This document shows, piece after piece, positions 25,545-39,651 of a stretch of 64,000 bases of DNA; the stretch's first letter is position 1; every line of letters begins with the position of its first letter. The notes under the pieces were generated by a model, which saw only the letters and a program-made list of their open reading frames with translations, was not told where the DNA came from and ran no database searches. Position numbers and translations under genes: made by a program. Source of the stretch: Octopus sinensis (Eukaryota); assembly GCF_006345805.1 (NCBI RefSeq), contig NC_043011.1, positions 54,634,464-54,698,463 of the forward strand, written 5' to 3'.

Positions 25545-26261
25545 ATATATTATATATATATATATATATATACTCTTATCGGCTAAATCCCCTCCCACCA
25601 AATTCCAGTCCCTGTGCCTGCAGAATATAGAATCATTTCATCGCTCATATACACACCCCACATTCATCTAATTAATAACTCAGAAATGCCGACAAGCAAA
25701 GTTGACTTAGATTTCCTGTACAATCTATAGCTGCAAAAGCATTCAACGATTCTTGTCTTTCGTAACAGATAACATCCATTCCCGTTTGATGAGGTGGAAT
25801 ACATGAAAGAATAAATTGTAAATGGGAGGAGTTGGACATAAATATATTTATTCCTGTAACTAACCACATTTAGAACATATATCTGTCTGCTATTACCTAA
25901 AAATTCTCTTGAATTTTTTTCTTTTTCCTTTTATCCAATTGTTTACTGTCTTATACAGTTTCCTTGTCTTTCCCTGTCACAGTTCTGTTAGCATTGTGTA
26001 CATGCTACAGTTGCTATTTATATCTTGGCATTGCCATCGAAATCCATTTTCTCTAAATATAGACGCCATTTTATATATTTGCATTTCTTTTTTAAGTTCA
26101 GGCTTACATTTTAGATAAACTAAAACAAAATTAAGACAATTGAATGGAATTAACCAACAACCAACAGCAACAACAACAATAACAACAAAAAGACATCAAT
26201 AACAAGCAGCCACGCTGACAATAGTAACAATACGACCAACAACAATAACAGCAACAACGGC

Positions 26262-26325
<64 letters not shown>

Positions 26326-26477
26326 GTAATAATAATGATAACAATATAATAATAATAAGGGATAATATAATAATGATAATAATGATACTAATACAACACA
26401 AAAACAATAACAATAATCATAATAATAATAATATAATAATAATAATAATAATAATATATAATAATAATGATAATATA

Positions 26478-26508
<31 letters not shown>

Positions 26509-27731
26509 GTAATAGTAATAATAATAATAATAATAATAGTAATAATAATAATGATATAATAATAATAATAGTAAATAATAATAATGATGATAATAATAAT
26601 AATAATATAATGAATAATAATAAAAATGATAATATGATAATAATAGCAACAACAACAAAACAATAATAATAAAATAATAGTAATAATAATATAAATAATA
26701 TAAAATAATAATAAAACACAACAACAACAACAACAATAATAATAATAATAGTAATAATAATAATAATAATAATGATGATGATAATGATGAGGATGATAAC
26801 AACAACAATAAATAACAATCATAGTGGTTTCCAATTTTGCCACAAGGGCAGCAATTTTGGGGGAGGGGATGAGTCAATTACATCGACCCCAGTGTTCAAC
26901 TGGTACTTATTCTATCGACCCCCAATGGATGAAAGGCAAAGTCGACCGCGACGGATGATGGTGGTGGCGGTGGTGGTGACGATGATGATGATGAGGAGGA
27001 GGAGGATAATGATGACGATGATGATGGTGTTGTGGTGGTGGTTGTGGTGATGGTGATGGTGGTGGTGGTGCTGCTGCTGCTGATGATGATGATGGTGATA
27101 GTGATGATGATGATAATGATGATGATAATTTCTATCAATCTTGGAGAGATGAAAGGCAAAGTGAACCTCGATGGGAATTCAACCTACAATGTAAAACGCT
27201 GGAAACAAAAATATCACGAAACATTTTGTGGTGTAACCAACCATTATCAGCATAAACACGCACATATATATGTAATTAAAATCAAAATTATTGTCCGGGT
27301 ATAAACCTTATACGATGCTGCGTAAAGCACGTCCACAGTTATTGGCTATACTATGTTAACATCAGTAGAGATGCATAAGCTGCCGGATTCACTTCAGGAA
27401 TTCTTTGGTGTCCGTGGAATTTATATAAACAGATGTGAGACGACAAATGGAATTCATTAGATATTCTTTTTCATTCAAAACCATCCTGCACCTATACCTG
27501 TGAAGTCCAGATACTGGATGAGTCGAAATAATTGAAATGGAGTTGAATAAAGAATCATGTGAATACCGCTTTCTGTCTCTGTGCATATGTATGTATGTGT
27601 GTGTGCGCGCCTGAGCACGTGTGTTTGTGTATATGTGTATGTATGCATGTATGTATGTGTGCATATAGATATATACATATATGTATGTATGTGTATGTAT
27701 ATATATATATATATAGATAGATAGACAGATT

Positions 27732-27804
<73 letters not shown>

Positions 27805-27813
27805 GTAGATAGG

Positions 27814-27883
<70 letters not shown>

Positions 27884-27900
27884 TGTATATGTGTATGTTA

Positions 27901-28346
27901 TGAGGCAGTATCAAAAGCTTCCCAAACTAGTTCTGTAGCGTGCCAACAGATGGCAGCACGCAGTTGCGTACGCAGTGAGAGCTAGCAGTGACCTTCATGA
28001 AGCAATGTGCTGAGTGACGTGGCCGTGTTTGCTTCGTAAGTTGTGAAATTCGTGTTTTTGTGATCACGTGTATGTTGCAATCTGCGATTTTTGTCATGGA
28101 CAAGAAGTTGGAACAAAGAACCAAGGTGAAATTTTGCGTTGAACTCGGAAAGTCTGCAACAGAGACATTGAGCATGCTTCGGTAAGCTTATGGCGATGAT
28201 GCAACGGCTCGTATGTAATGTTTCAAGTGGTATGGGCGGTTCAAAAGGGAAGAACGTCCTTGGAAAAGGATGAACGATCTTGAAGACGTGCCACGAAGAT
28301 CGCCTCCCAAAATGTGGAGAAAATCCATCAGATTGTGGATGAGAAC
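27901..28346 (+). mobile_element. Mariner 5' fragment related to 6938-7665
   Basis: Similar left TIR and MDKKLEQRTKVKFCVELGKSATETLSML. Confidence 0.8.
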
Positions 28347-28505
28347 CATTATTAAGATAAAAGAGGTATCAGAATGACCGCTAAGTAAGGGGAGGAAGTA
28401 AAGGTAATACTATGAACATTATACTATGAACATTTTTACTCCCTTACCTTTACTCCCTCCCTTCACTTAGCGGTCATTCTGATAGCTCTTTTATCTTAAT
28501 AATGG
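28347..28505. repeat. Foldback with ~60-bp arms
   Basis: CCATTATTAAGATAAAAGAGGTATCAGAATGACCGCTAAGT.. / ..ACTTAGCGGTCATTCTGATAGCTCTTTTATCTTAATAATGG. Confidence 0.85.
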
Positions 28506-28784
28506 TCAATCACACAGTAATTTCCCTTTGTTTAACAGTCCTTTTCATAGCATTTTTTTCGATGGCCGGATAACTGAAGAAATGGCGGCGTGGGTTTCCA
28601 CCCAGAATCCGAAACTCGAGGTTTTATCATGGCTACCGAATAATTATCACTTATTATATTTACAGATACACACGCACATATATATATATACACATATATA
28701 CATATATGCATACACATATATGTATATATATATATACAAATACGAAGTCGAGACAGATATTGCCAGCTGACCGGTGTCTGCTAC

Positions 28785-28828
28785 TCTAGGCGATGAAGGA
28801 CAATGATCCTGAACACGGTGTCCCTAGA
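28785..28828 (+). ncRNA. Degenerate hammerhead-like motif
   Basis: TCTAGG-CGATGA-AGGA-CAATGA-TCCT-GAA-CACGGTG-TC-CCTAGA. All three stems pair, but each core strand is one nucleotide short. Confidence 0.5.
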
Positions 28829-29026
28829 TGCAGTTCCGGCGGTTGGGGGTGGTTGTCTCCCCTTCGTATGTGTATATAAGGACCACAGGATTAAAATGTG
28901 TCGAAGCTGTCAGGAGGCGTTCGATGCCTCCTAGGGCTATATAAACGTGGTGTACCCCTACTGTCACGTTCTTGTTAGTTGACAGTATACAACCATTATA
29001 TATATAATATATATATTATATTATAT

Positions 29027-29214
29027 ATTAACGGGAAGCTTTATGAAAAATAAACAAAGACGAAGGCAGGTGGAATACAACAAACAATTGTATTAGTATG
29101 GCGCTCAGGAATATAAATTAAACAAGTCTTTTACGTTTCGAGCCTACGCTCTTCAACAGAAGATACACAGAAAAGAAACACGGAAAGAAACAAGGAGAGA
29201 GAAAAAAATGCGTG
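29027..29214 (-). mobile_element. Second copy of the 14850-15060 element (motif at 29127-29163)
   Basis: Near-identical reverse complement, including CTGTTGAAGAGCGTAGGCTCGAAACGTA. Confidence 0.8.
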
Positions 29215-29316
29215 CACACACACACACACACAAACACACACACCACACACCACACACCACACACACACACAACACAACATATATATCTATATATATATAT
29301 ATAATATATATATATC

Positions 29317-29352
<36 letters not shown>

Positions 29353-29828
29353 ATATGCATACACATATGCTTCACGGTTGACACGACAGACGTAGTTATA
29401 TTGATATACGTTAAACATTTCCAAAGGTAATTAGGTAATTATATTACGTCATTTCCTGTTTCGCCGGAAGCTATCCAGTGATGATTAAAATATCATTAAT
29501 ATTACTTGTCGAAACAGAATTCCATTTAGAGAAATTATTTGGAAATATCTGAGTGAACTTATAACTATGGCTTCGCTTATTCTGCGAGTATACGCATAAA
29601 AAATGAATCAAGTATATAAGTATTACCTCCATCTCTTCATATCGAGGACTAAAAAAATTTATGCTTAAAGTATTGTGTAAATGCACGTATATATTTACAC
29701 ACCTGTATAAATGTATGCACCCGCACACATAGTATATTTATGTGTGTGTGCATGAATGTATACTTTATATGTGTATGTATGTAAATGCGTGTGTATGTGT
29801 GTGTATATGTGTAATAATACATATATCT

Positions 29829-29905
<77 letters not shown>

Positions 29906-30273
29906 TATATATATATATTGTGCATGACGCATTGTTTTATTTTTCTGTAGTTTCAGCTTAGAGCTGCGGCCATATAAATTAAATATAATATAATATAAAT
30001 TAAAAGCATAAATATATTCACACACACACACACACACACACACTCGCGAGCGCACTCACACACACATTAGTATATATTCAGGAAGGGAATATATTTCTAA
30101 TAGTATGCAAACAGCTACAGTATTAATCAATATGTCTGTTTGTATACGCATACACATATATTTAATATTTATATATAAATATATGTACATACACACCACA
30201 CACACACACGCACACACATATATATGTATGTATGTATATATTTATATACATATATATGTGCATATAGAGAGAT

Positions 30274-30368
<95 letters not shown>

Positions 30369-30525
30369 CGAGAGAAATGAATATATAGATAGTCAGACAT
30401 ACAGACTGACAGACAGACAAATAACAGACAGACAGATAGATAGATAGACAGACACATACACACACATACAGGTACATATATGTTGGTGTTGTGTGCATAT
30501 ATATATGGATATGTTGTGTATTATA

Positions 30526-30574
<49 letters not shown>

Positions 30575-31014
30575 TATATATATGTACATGTGTTGTATGT
30601 GTGCCTGCCGGTGTGTATGAGTGTATGTTTGTATGTGTGTGTGCATTACATTTTTAAAAACTACGTTTTGAAGACTCGGCACTTGACTCATTAAATTTCT
30701 TCTTTTTCTCTTTCGTTTCTCATTTTTTCCCCCTAATTAAAATTAAGGAATACGTTTTCCCTAACATTTCTCATGATTACATAACATTGTCATTTTTTTT
30801 TTTCATGATATAACAAGGCAATTATTTTACAGCCAAGAGACAAAAACACAAGGCAACATTTCATTAAAAAATATTTCAAGAATTGTGGACCAAAAAAAGC
30901 GTTGAACCGGCAGAATCGTTAGCACGCCGGGCGAAATGCTTTGCGGTATTTCGTCTGCCGTTTCGTTCTGGAGTTCCAATTCCGCCGAGGTCGACTTTAC
31001 CTTTCATCCTTTCA

Positions 31015-31114
31015 NNNNNNNNNNNNNNNNNNNNNNNNNNNNNNNNNNNNNNNNNNNNNNNNNNNNNNNNNNNNNNNNNNNNNNNNNNNNNNNNNNNNNN
31101 NNNNNNNNNNNNNN
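31015..31114. other. Assembly gap (100 N)
   Basis: Run of N. Confidence 1.
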
Positions 31115-32674
31115 ATGTCATTATTCAGTTTTATTTCAAAGATTTCTTACCAGTAGAGAATGAATCGGTTTCTAACCTAGGTCCAAGGCTTCTTCATTGG
31201 AATTTCAACATCAACAACAGGGTGTTTTTGTATGTATGAACGTATGTATGTATGCATGTATGTATATATGTATATGTCTAGATTGGTATGTTTTGTTTTA
31301 TGTATGTATTCTCATGCATATAGTTGCATATCTAGACATGCTCATATATATCTAAATGATAAACTTCTGAAAAGTTTTACAGATTTTTACAGTTCCAGTG
31401 ATGGATTAGATCTGTAGTCTTCAAATCAGCTTTCTTCTTTCTGATTCTGAGAAGCCTAATTTCACAAGATTGGTATTTAGGCAAGATTGGTATGTATGTA
31501 TGTATGTATGTATGTATGTATGTATGTATGTATGGTATGCATGCATGTATGTATGTATGCATGTATGTATGTATGCATGTATGTATGTATGTAGTATGTA
31601 TGTATGTATGTATGTATGCATGCATGTATGTATGTATGTATGTATGTATGTATGTATGTATGCATGTATGTATGTATGTATGCATGTATGTATGTATGTA
31701 TGTATGCATGTATGTATGTATGCATGTATATGTGTGTATGTCTGTGTGTCTGTGTCTGTGTACGAGTGTGTCTGTGTGTCTCTGCGTGTGTACGTGTGTG
31801 TGTGAGTTGTTTAAGGCTGGCCATGTTTAGGGATTTTGTCTGAAAATCACCCCTGTCAGAGAATCTTAAGAGGAATTTTTTGCGTGCAGCAGCATGGCCA
31901 GTCCTTTTATACGGAGCAACAGCCTGCATGTTTACCAAAATTCTGGAGATCTCCATAGACTTGTGAGACGAGTTCTCCAAGATATGTTTAAGAATGCTCT
32001 TAACTGTAGAGTATAAGTTCTCTCTATAAGTTTCAGTTTCCACCATTATATAGGAAAGGCGCTGCAGCTTTGCAGGACACTGCTGGCGAGCTAAACAAGA
32101 GATGGCAAGTGACCGACTGCTATGGACACCAAATCATGGCCGCACTCGAGCAGGTCATCCGAACACAATGTATGAAGTTCAATTTACCATAGGCACTAGA
32201 TGCCTCCTCGAAGACCGCAGCCCCCACTAACTAATGCGAGACCGCGATGCATGGCACGTGCGGGTTAAAAATGTCCAAATAAGCATGACCAAATGATGAT
32301 GATGACGATGATGATGATGATGATGACCGACGGTGGCGGCAGCGGCGGCGATGATGATGATGGCGATGACAACGATGGAGACGATGATGATGACAACGAT
32401 AATAATGATAACGATGATGATGATGATGACGATGACGATGATGATGACGACGAAGACGAAGACGACGACAACGACGATGATGATGATGATGATGATGACA
32501 ACGACGATGATGATGTTGACGACGACGACGACGATGATGACGACGATAATAATGATGATGATGATGATGATGACGACGACGTACGTAACCAGCAATTACT
32601 TGAAACCTGTGTGTGTATGTATGTGCGTGCCTGTGTGTGCATGCCTTGCGCACGTGTGTGTGTGTGTGTTTGTT

Positions 32675-32720
<46 letters not shown>

Positions 32721-32976
32721 TGTGTGTGTGTGTGTGATCTAATGTCTATGTGATAACTAAGCCTGCAAACTCCTAGCTAATGGCTTCGAGTCCTCAATTA
32801 GCGAAAAAGAAATAAACCAAATGTTAGATTCTATCGGTAATTTAAAGGATTTCGCCTTTAATATTTAAAACTGGGGATTCTTGTGTACGAAGCAAAATAT
32901 CGAAAACAACTGGAGTTTCTCGTTACAAATGGGTAACGGTTGGCCAACGACAGAATAGATTTGTTACTTAGAAGTA

Positions 32977-33452
32977 CCGTAAATCCTCGAGTATAGATTT
33001 TTAGGGGACTGTACCTCTGAAAAACCTAAACCTTGTGTATAATACGCACTCCTTCTCTAACGTGAGTCGTGCGTAATTAAGCCAGCAGCACCTAGTCGAA
33101 CAAACACTTCCACGCATGCGTAATACAATAATGGTGATGTTCTTAACTGTTATATGGGAATGTAAATATGTTTGCAAATTGTTTTTGTTACATGTTATTC
33201 TGTGATCTGAATACTTATATTTTAGTAAATGTTGCTTACTGCAAGTTATAGATGATTCCTTTATGACTTCATTGCTTTAAGGCTTAGCTTAAGGTATTTT
33301 CGCGCCCGAATAAACATTGCCGGACAGCAAATAGAGACTCAGACATGCTTAGAAAATATTTTTCATTTTTAACCTCGAATATAGTACGCACTAGGGATTT
33401 TGACCTTCAAATTTTGGGAGACTAAATGCGGATTATACTCGAAGATTTACGT
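32977..33452. mobile_element. Tc1/pogo-type MITE, copy 1
   Basis: TA-CCGTAAATCCTCGAGTATA ... TATACTCGAAGATTTACGT-TA. Confidence 0.8.
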
Positions 33453-33458
33453 TAATAG

Positions 33459-33691
33459 AAGGCGGCGAGCTGGCAGAAATGTTAGCACGCCGGGCGAAAT
33501 GTTTAGCGGTGTTTCGTCTTCCGTTACGTTCTGAGTTCAAATTCCGCCGAGGTCGACTTTGCCTTTCATCCTTTCGGGGTCGATATATTAAATACCAGTT
33601 ACGCGCTGGAGTCGATGTAATCGACGTAATCCCTTTGTCCGTCCTTGTTTGTCCCCTCTATGTTTAGCCCCTTGTGGGCAATAAAGAAGTA
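33459..33691 (+). mobile_element. SINE family A
   Basis: Full head, body and tail. Confidence 0.9.
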
Positions 33692-33939
33692 AGAATAGAT
33701 TTGTTACTTTGTTACTGTAAAACAAAAGTCGCTACTTTCTGTTTATCTTACCTCATTAAAAAATTGCCATTAAAAAATCTAGTTACCTCCCTTCTAAAAA
33801 GTTGAGTTTATGTGGCGTCAAGAGATTGGATTAAAGGGGTTGGATCCTTTTGATTCAGTACTTCAACATATTGTTGCCTTTTGGCCTTCTCAATAGGCAT
33901 GGCATGAAGATGTTTAATCTTTTCACTTTTCATGTTTTT

Positions 33940-34212
33940 CTTTTACTTGTTTCGGTCATTTGACTGTGGCCATGCTGGAGCACCGCCTTTTAGTCGAGCA
34001 AATCGACTCCAGGACTTCTTCTTTGTACGCCCAGTACTTATTCTCTAGGTCTCTTTTTGCCGAGCCGCTAAGTTACGGGGACGTAAACACACCAGCATCG
34101 GTTTTCAAGTGATGTTGGGAGACAAATACAGACACACAAACAACACACACACACACACATACTATATATATAATATATATATATATATCTATATATATAT
34201 ATATATAATATA

Positions 34213-34267
<55 letters not shown>

Positions 34268-34437
34268 CATATATGTATCTACAGGCTTCTTTCAGTTTTT
34301 GTCTACCAAATCCACTCACAAAGCTTTGGTAGCCTGAGGCTATAGTAAAAGATACTTGCCCAAGGTGCCACGCAGTGGACTGAACACGGAACCATGTGGT
34401 TGGAAGCAAGCCACTACCACGCAAGCCACTCCTGCGC
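33940..34437 (-). mobile_element. SINE family C (CORE-like, internal TA/GT microsatellite)
   Basis: GCACCTTGGGCAAGT core and tail GGCGGTGCTCCAGCATGGCC..TGAAACAAGTAAAA. Confidence 0.85.
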
Positions 34438-34749
34438 CTTAATTTTCATTTCTTTTTTTCATTGAGGGTTAAACAATTTTTTCAGTTAGGGGAGATAACC
34501 CAATTTTTTAATGGGGGAGGGATAACCATAACGTACCCAAAAGTCTCAACACGTTGGCCCACTTGTAAACGTTCTTCCCATTTCTTAGCACCGCACTCAT
34601 ATTTATATCTACTTCGTAGTTTCTTGATTTCTAAATGCATTTTCAAAATGTGTTTTCCCTTGGTTATTGCGGTAAGAACGAGTCGGTTGCAGTAGTATGG
34701 ACTATTTGTAGGTGGTGGCTGGATGGATGGATGGATGGATGGATGGATG

Positions 34750-34816
<67 letters not shown>

Positions 34817-34908
34817 GACAGACAGACGGACGGACAGACGGACGGACGGACGGATGGACGAACGGACAGATGGATGGATGGATGGATGGATGGATGGGTG
34901 GGTGGATG

Positions 34909-34967
<59 letters not shown>

Positions 34968-34970
<3 letters not shown>

Positions 34971-35087
34971 GTTTCTTTATTAACCACACAGGGCTGTACA
35001 CAGACGGGACAAATTACAAGGTAGACCTTTTCTTTTTGGAGAAAAAAAAGGGGGGTAGGTTTTCGATCAAAAGGGATCTTAAAAAGG

Positions 35088-35167
<80 letters not shown>

Positions 35168-35290
35168 GTTTCTTTATTAGCCACACAGGGCTGTATACAG
35201 ACGGTACATATTACAAGGTAGACCTTTTCTTTTGGGGGGAGAAAAAAAAGGGGTGTAGGTTTTCGATCAAAAGGGATCTTAAAAAGGAAG
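34968..35290. repeat. Tandem duplication of a ~125-bp unit separated by (GATA)n
   Basis: AATGTTTCTTTATTA..AAAAAGGAAG occurs at 34968-35090 and 35165-35290. Confidence 0.9.
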
Positions 35291-35312
35291 ATAGATAGAT
35301 AGATAGACAGAC

Positions 35313-35379
<67 letters not shown>

Positions 35380-36068
35380 GTTATTGATTGACTGGTTGAT
35401 TATTGATTAATTGGTTTATTTCGTGAATTAACTGCACGGAAAATTCCATCTGCCTGTAGAGTCCTTTGAATGCTTTAAGTTTGATGGAAGCAGCAATTGA
35501 ATCTTTTATTTATTTATTTTTTTTATTTCTGGGAATCATTAAATGGAAAACATGAGTTATCGTTCGATTATTTTGTTAAATCATTCTCTTTTGGAGGAAC
35601 CAATGAAAACTGAAGCAGACCATTCAGGAATGACCCGTCCATCTTCAAGTCGAACCCATTGGAGACTTCTTCTAAGCTGACCTGCTTTAGATAAGCTTCA
35701 TTAAACACAACTTTGAATGTTGTTCTATAGCAAAATGTTTTAAAGGATTCACCAATAAGAAAACATAATCGAACGATATCTTAAATATCCGTGAATAATT
35801 CCCAAGAAATAAAAAAATCAATAACTGAAGTCACCAAAAATGGTTGAAACTCTCATGTCACACTGACCCAGACTTTCTAAACAGTTCGATGGCTGAAATA
35901 TTTTCACTAACTCAGGAAGTAAAGATACTTGACACCAAACTAACAATATTTAATTATTTTTACTATCTTCAATTTGGTTTCCATTCCTATCCTCTCCTAT
36001 GATTGAAAATGTTGGGAAACAATCGAAAGAGTACGATCGCGAATAGAACCGGCCGAAATGAGGATGTG

Positions 36069-36300
36069 AAGGCGGCGAGCTGGCAGAAACGTTAGCACGC
36101 CGGGCGAAATGCTTTGCGGTATTTCGTCTGCGTTACGTTGTGAGTTCAAATTCCGCCGAGGTCGACTTTGCCTTTCATCCTTTCGGGGTCGATAAATTAA
36201 GTACCAGTTACGCACTGGGGTCGATGTAATCGACTTAATCCGTTTGTCTGTCCTTGTTTGTCCCCTCTATGTTTAGCCCCTTGTGAGTAATAAAGAAATA
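36069..36300 (+). mobile_element. SINE family A
   Basis: Full copy flanked by a repeated AGGATGTGAAGG. Confidence 0.9.
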
Positions 36301-36856
36301 GGATGTGAAGGCCAGAGATCAGGGAGTCTCTCCAGGTCGAGCAGCTATTTTTCGGTATTGGGAGGTCTCAGCTCCAGTACTACAGACATGTGGTTAGAAT
36401 GTCACGGGAAAGAATCACAAGCCGGAGTTTTCATGCCAAGCCATCCAGCAGGAGACCTCTCTTCCTTTTGTTTAGTGATATTCACCCGGGAGGCGTTAAG
36501 CCGGCCCCTATTGAGTTCACCGCGTCACGGGTCAAGGCGATCCACGCATGTCTATCGGCAGACGATTCTGCAGCGTGGTGAAGCCATTCTCGGTTCCAGC
36601 GACGAACGCCAAAGACTCAAAGACCGGGAACGAGCTCCATATCTGCTTTCACTGTGGTGAGTCACGTGTTCAGCTGATCACCTCCCCGCTTACGATTGAG
36701 ATGGTTGGATAATATCCGAAATCTCAGATGGTCCCGTTTGGGAATCCATCCGGAAAGTCTAATAACAGTTGGTTTTGATAGGACCCTATGGAGGAGGGGC
36801 TTTAGGACATTACTCCCATGATTCTACCGGAAACTAGTAGGTAGAGAAGATGAGTA

Positions 36857-37359
36857 CCGTAAAACCTCGAGTATAGTCCGCCTTTGACTATAATACGCAG
36901 GGGATTTTTAGGGGGCTGTACCTCTGAAAAACGTAAACCTTGTGTATAATACGCACCCCTTCTCTAACTTGAGTCAAGGAGGTCTATATAACGTCCTTGG
37001 TTTGTAAAAATGTATGCGGTAACGTCCTTTATTATTATTGTATATGTAACATAATGCAAACGTGTAGCTTTTTTGTGCATTTTGTTTGCAGAAAATAAAG
37101 AAATAACGTTTAATAAATGTTGCTTACTGCAAGTTATGGATGATTCTTTTATGACTTCATTGCTTTCAGGCTTAGCTTAAGGTATTTTCGCGCCCAACAT
37201 CACAAAATGCGTCTGAATAAACATTGCCGGACAGCAAATAGAGACTCGGATATTGCTTAGAAAATAATTTTCATTTTTAACCTCGTATATAGTACGCACT
37301 AGGGATTTTGACCTTTAAATTTTGGGAAGAAAATGCGGATTATACACGAGGATTTACGG
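36857..37359. mobile_element. Tc1/pogo-type MITE, copy 2
   Basis: TA TSD, TIRs CCGTAAAACCTCGAGTATA / TATACACGAGGATTTACGG. Internal similarity to 32977-33452. Confidence 0.85.
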
Positions 37360-37751
37360 TAGATGGATTCTTTCAGTTCCCAATGCAGATCTAACCATTG
37401 AATGACATAAATGGATCGGGCTCAGCGGAAGCTGTACAGATGTTCAATGAGGAGAAAGAGAGATTCCAGATGATGAAGAATTTTGCTGTTCATGGCTGTT
37501 TCTATTCCCTTGGTAGTGACAGCAAGGGTACCAAAGTTGTCTGGGTCGGTGGGGTGGTGGTGGTGGTGGTGGTGGTGGTGGTGGTGCGGGGGCTTACCTT
37601 TCTTTGAAATGAGACACTGAAGAGTCCTTCCGAATGCCAGGGAACATCACTGAAGAGAATAAATGATTAATGAAGTTTGGTTTGTATAAGATTGTGTATA
37701 CAATTTTAGAGACACTCTACGCATACACACATACATACATACATACATACA

Positions 37752-37783
<32 letters not shown>

Positions 37784-37998
37784 CATATATATATTAATAT
37801 ATATATATATATATATGTATATACATACACACAGTCACACACTCAATAAACACTCACAACGTCCGGTCTGGGAATCGAAACCGCGATCCTACAACCGCGA
37901 GTCCGCTGCCCTAACCACTGGGCCATTGCGCCTCCACACAACGCACACACAACACACCACACACACACACATATATATAATATAATATAATATAATAT

Positions 37999-38041
<43 letters not shown>

Positions 38042-38061
38042 TATATATAATATATATATAC

Positions 38062-38123
<62 letters not shown>

Positions 38124-38309
38124 TATATACGACGGGTTTCTTTCAGTTTCCGTCTACCAAATCCACTCACAAGGCTTTGGTCGGCCCGAGGCTACAGTAG
38201 AAGACACTTGCCCAAGGTGCCACGCAATGGGACTGAACCGGGAATCATGTGCTTAGATATTTATATATTATATATAATATATATATATATATATATACTA
38301 AGCGAAGGA

Positions 38310-38800
38310 GTTTAAATGTTTGACAACTCAGTACCGTCCATTGGACAGGGGACGTTTTGCTCGTATATATATATATATATATATAATATATATATATATA
38401 TTATATATATACGAGCAAAACGTCCCCTGTCCAATGGACGGTACTGAGTTGTCAAACATTTAAACCCAATTTTCTCAAAACAACTTGTCCGACCGTCCCA
38501 TAGGCCTCTCCTTTGAGAAACACTGATTTAACCTAAATTTGAGACACCAGCAAAAGAAGAAATAAAGATAGACTTTCCAAAGAAAAACGATTTTATTGCG
38601 CGTACAAATGCACGTTCCCACGGCTTTATCGATCGCATTCTCACCTGGAATCGACTTTTGTAATTTTTTTTTGAAGACTTATACACGCCCTGATACCGTC
38701 GGTATCTATATATCAAATTTGAGCGCAATCAGATGGAGGATGCCCGAGATCCTAGAAGACACACAAACAGACAGACAGAACGGATTTTATATAATATATA
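38310..38800 (+). mobile_element. Possible non-autonomous Helitron-like element (38411-38800) with an inverted copy of its first ~55 bp (38310-38365)
   Basis: Inverted repeat across (TA)n. The 3' part CAAATTTGAGCGCAATC..ACAGACAGACAG..TTTTATATAATA resembles Lep1/HINE-type ends. Confidence 0.45.
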
Positions 38801-39549
38801 AAGTGAAAGTAAACTTTTGGAGAGTATCTTACTGGCGATAATCTAAGTGTCTAAATCGTAGCTAAGTAAGTTTCCACTCTCATCTGTTTAAAACTACTGG
38901 AATCAAGTTTAAGCTTCCAGCCCTGTGAATCCCGGTGATCTGAGGGTGAATAAATATTTCTTAAAGAAATTGTCCAGGCATTAGTGTTGCATGTGACAGT
39001 CTGCCAAAGCGCAATGTTTTATGTTAGAAGGAATGTCAGGAAAAAAAATATAAATCTTTTCCATCAAACACTCTATTAGACTGATGCACTTGACAACTTT
39101 ATCTCTGAAGACATCTTTTCTCAGTGACTTCTATCGCACATCATTGACACACACACACACGCACGCACACACACAGAACTCCACACACACAGATGTGTAT
39201 CGAAGGCGAGGGAGACGGTGAACAGCAAAAAGAGAAGGAATTGCTTTTCAAAATTTTTAACGTAAACTCACAAATGGTCGATAAAGCTCTTCTTATCTAG
39301 ATTGACTGTCGAAATCCAATAAGACATATCTAAAATTTGAATACGCTTTGCTGTGATTTGATTTCCTTGTATAATGACATACAAAGTCAAGTTTTGTTTT
39401 AAAATTCTGACTTTATTTTCATACATGGTTCCGGATTCAGTCCCACTGCGTGGCACCTTGGGCAAGTGTCTTCTACTATAGCCTCAGGCCGACCAAAGCC
39501 TTGTGAGTGGATTTTGTAGACAGAAACTGAAAGAAGCCCGTCGTATATA

Positions 39550-39591
<42 letters not shown>

Positions 39592-39651
39592 ATAAATTGT
39601 TATGTTAATAATTCTTGCTTTCTAATCTCAAAAATACTAAATAAGAGAATA

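Noticed and set aside
31160-31200. Minus-strand ATGAAGA-AGCCT..AGGTT-A-GAAA-CCGA-TT
   Set aside because: Positions 3 and 8 do not pair and there is no stem I; a family consensus would be needed.
31805-32230. Non-repetitive part of minus ORF 31477-32046
   Set aside because: No recognisable domain, and it runs into (CATA)n; probably a decayed element.
36283-36660. 125-aa + strand ORF
   Set aside because: It starts inside a SINE tail, and the region looks like the antisense of a decayed LINE; no supportable product.
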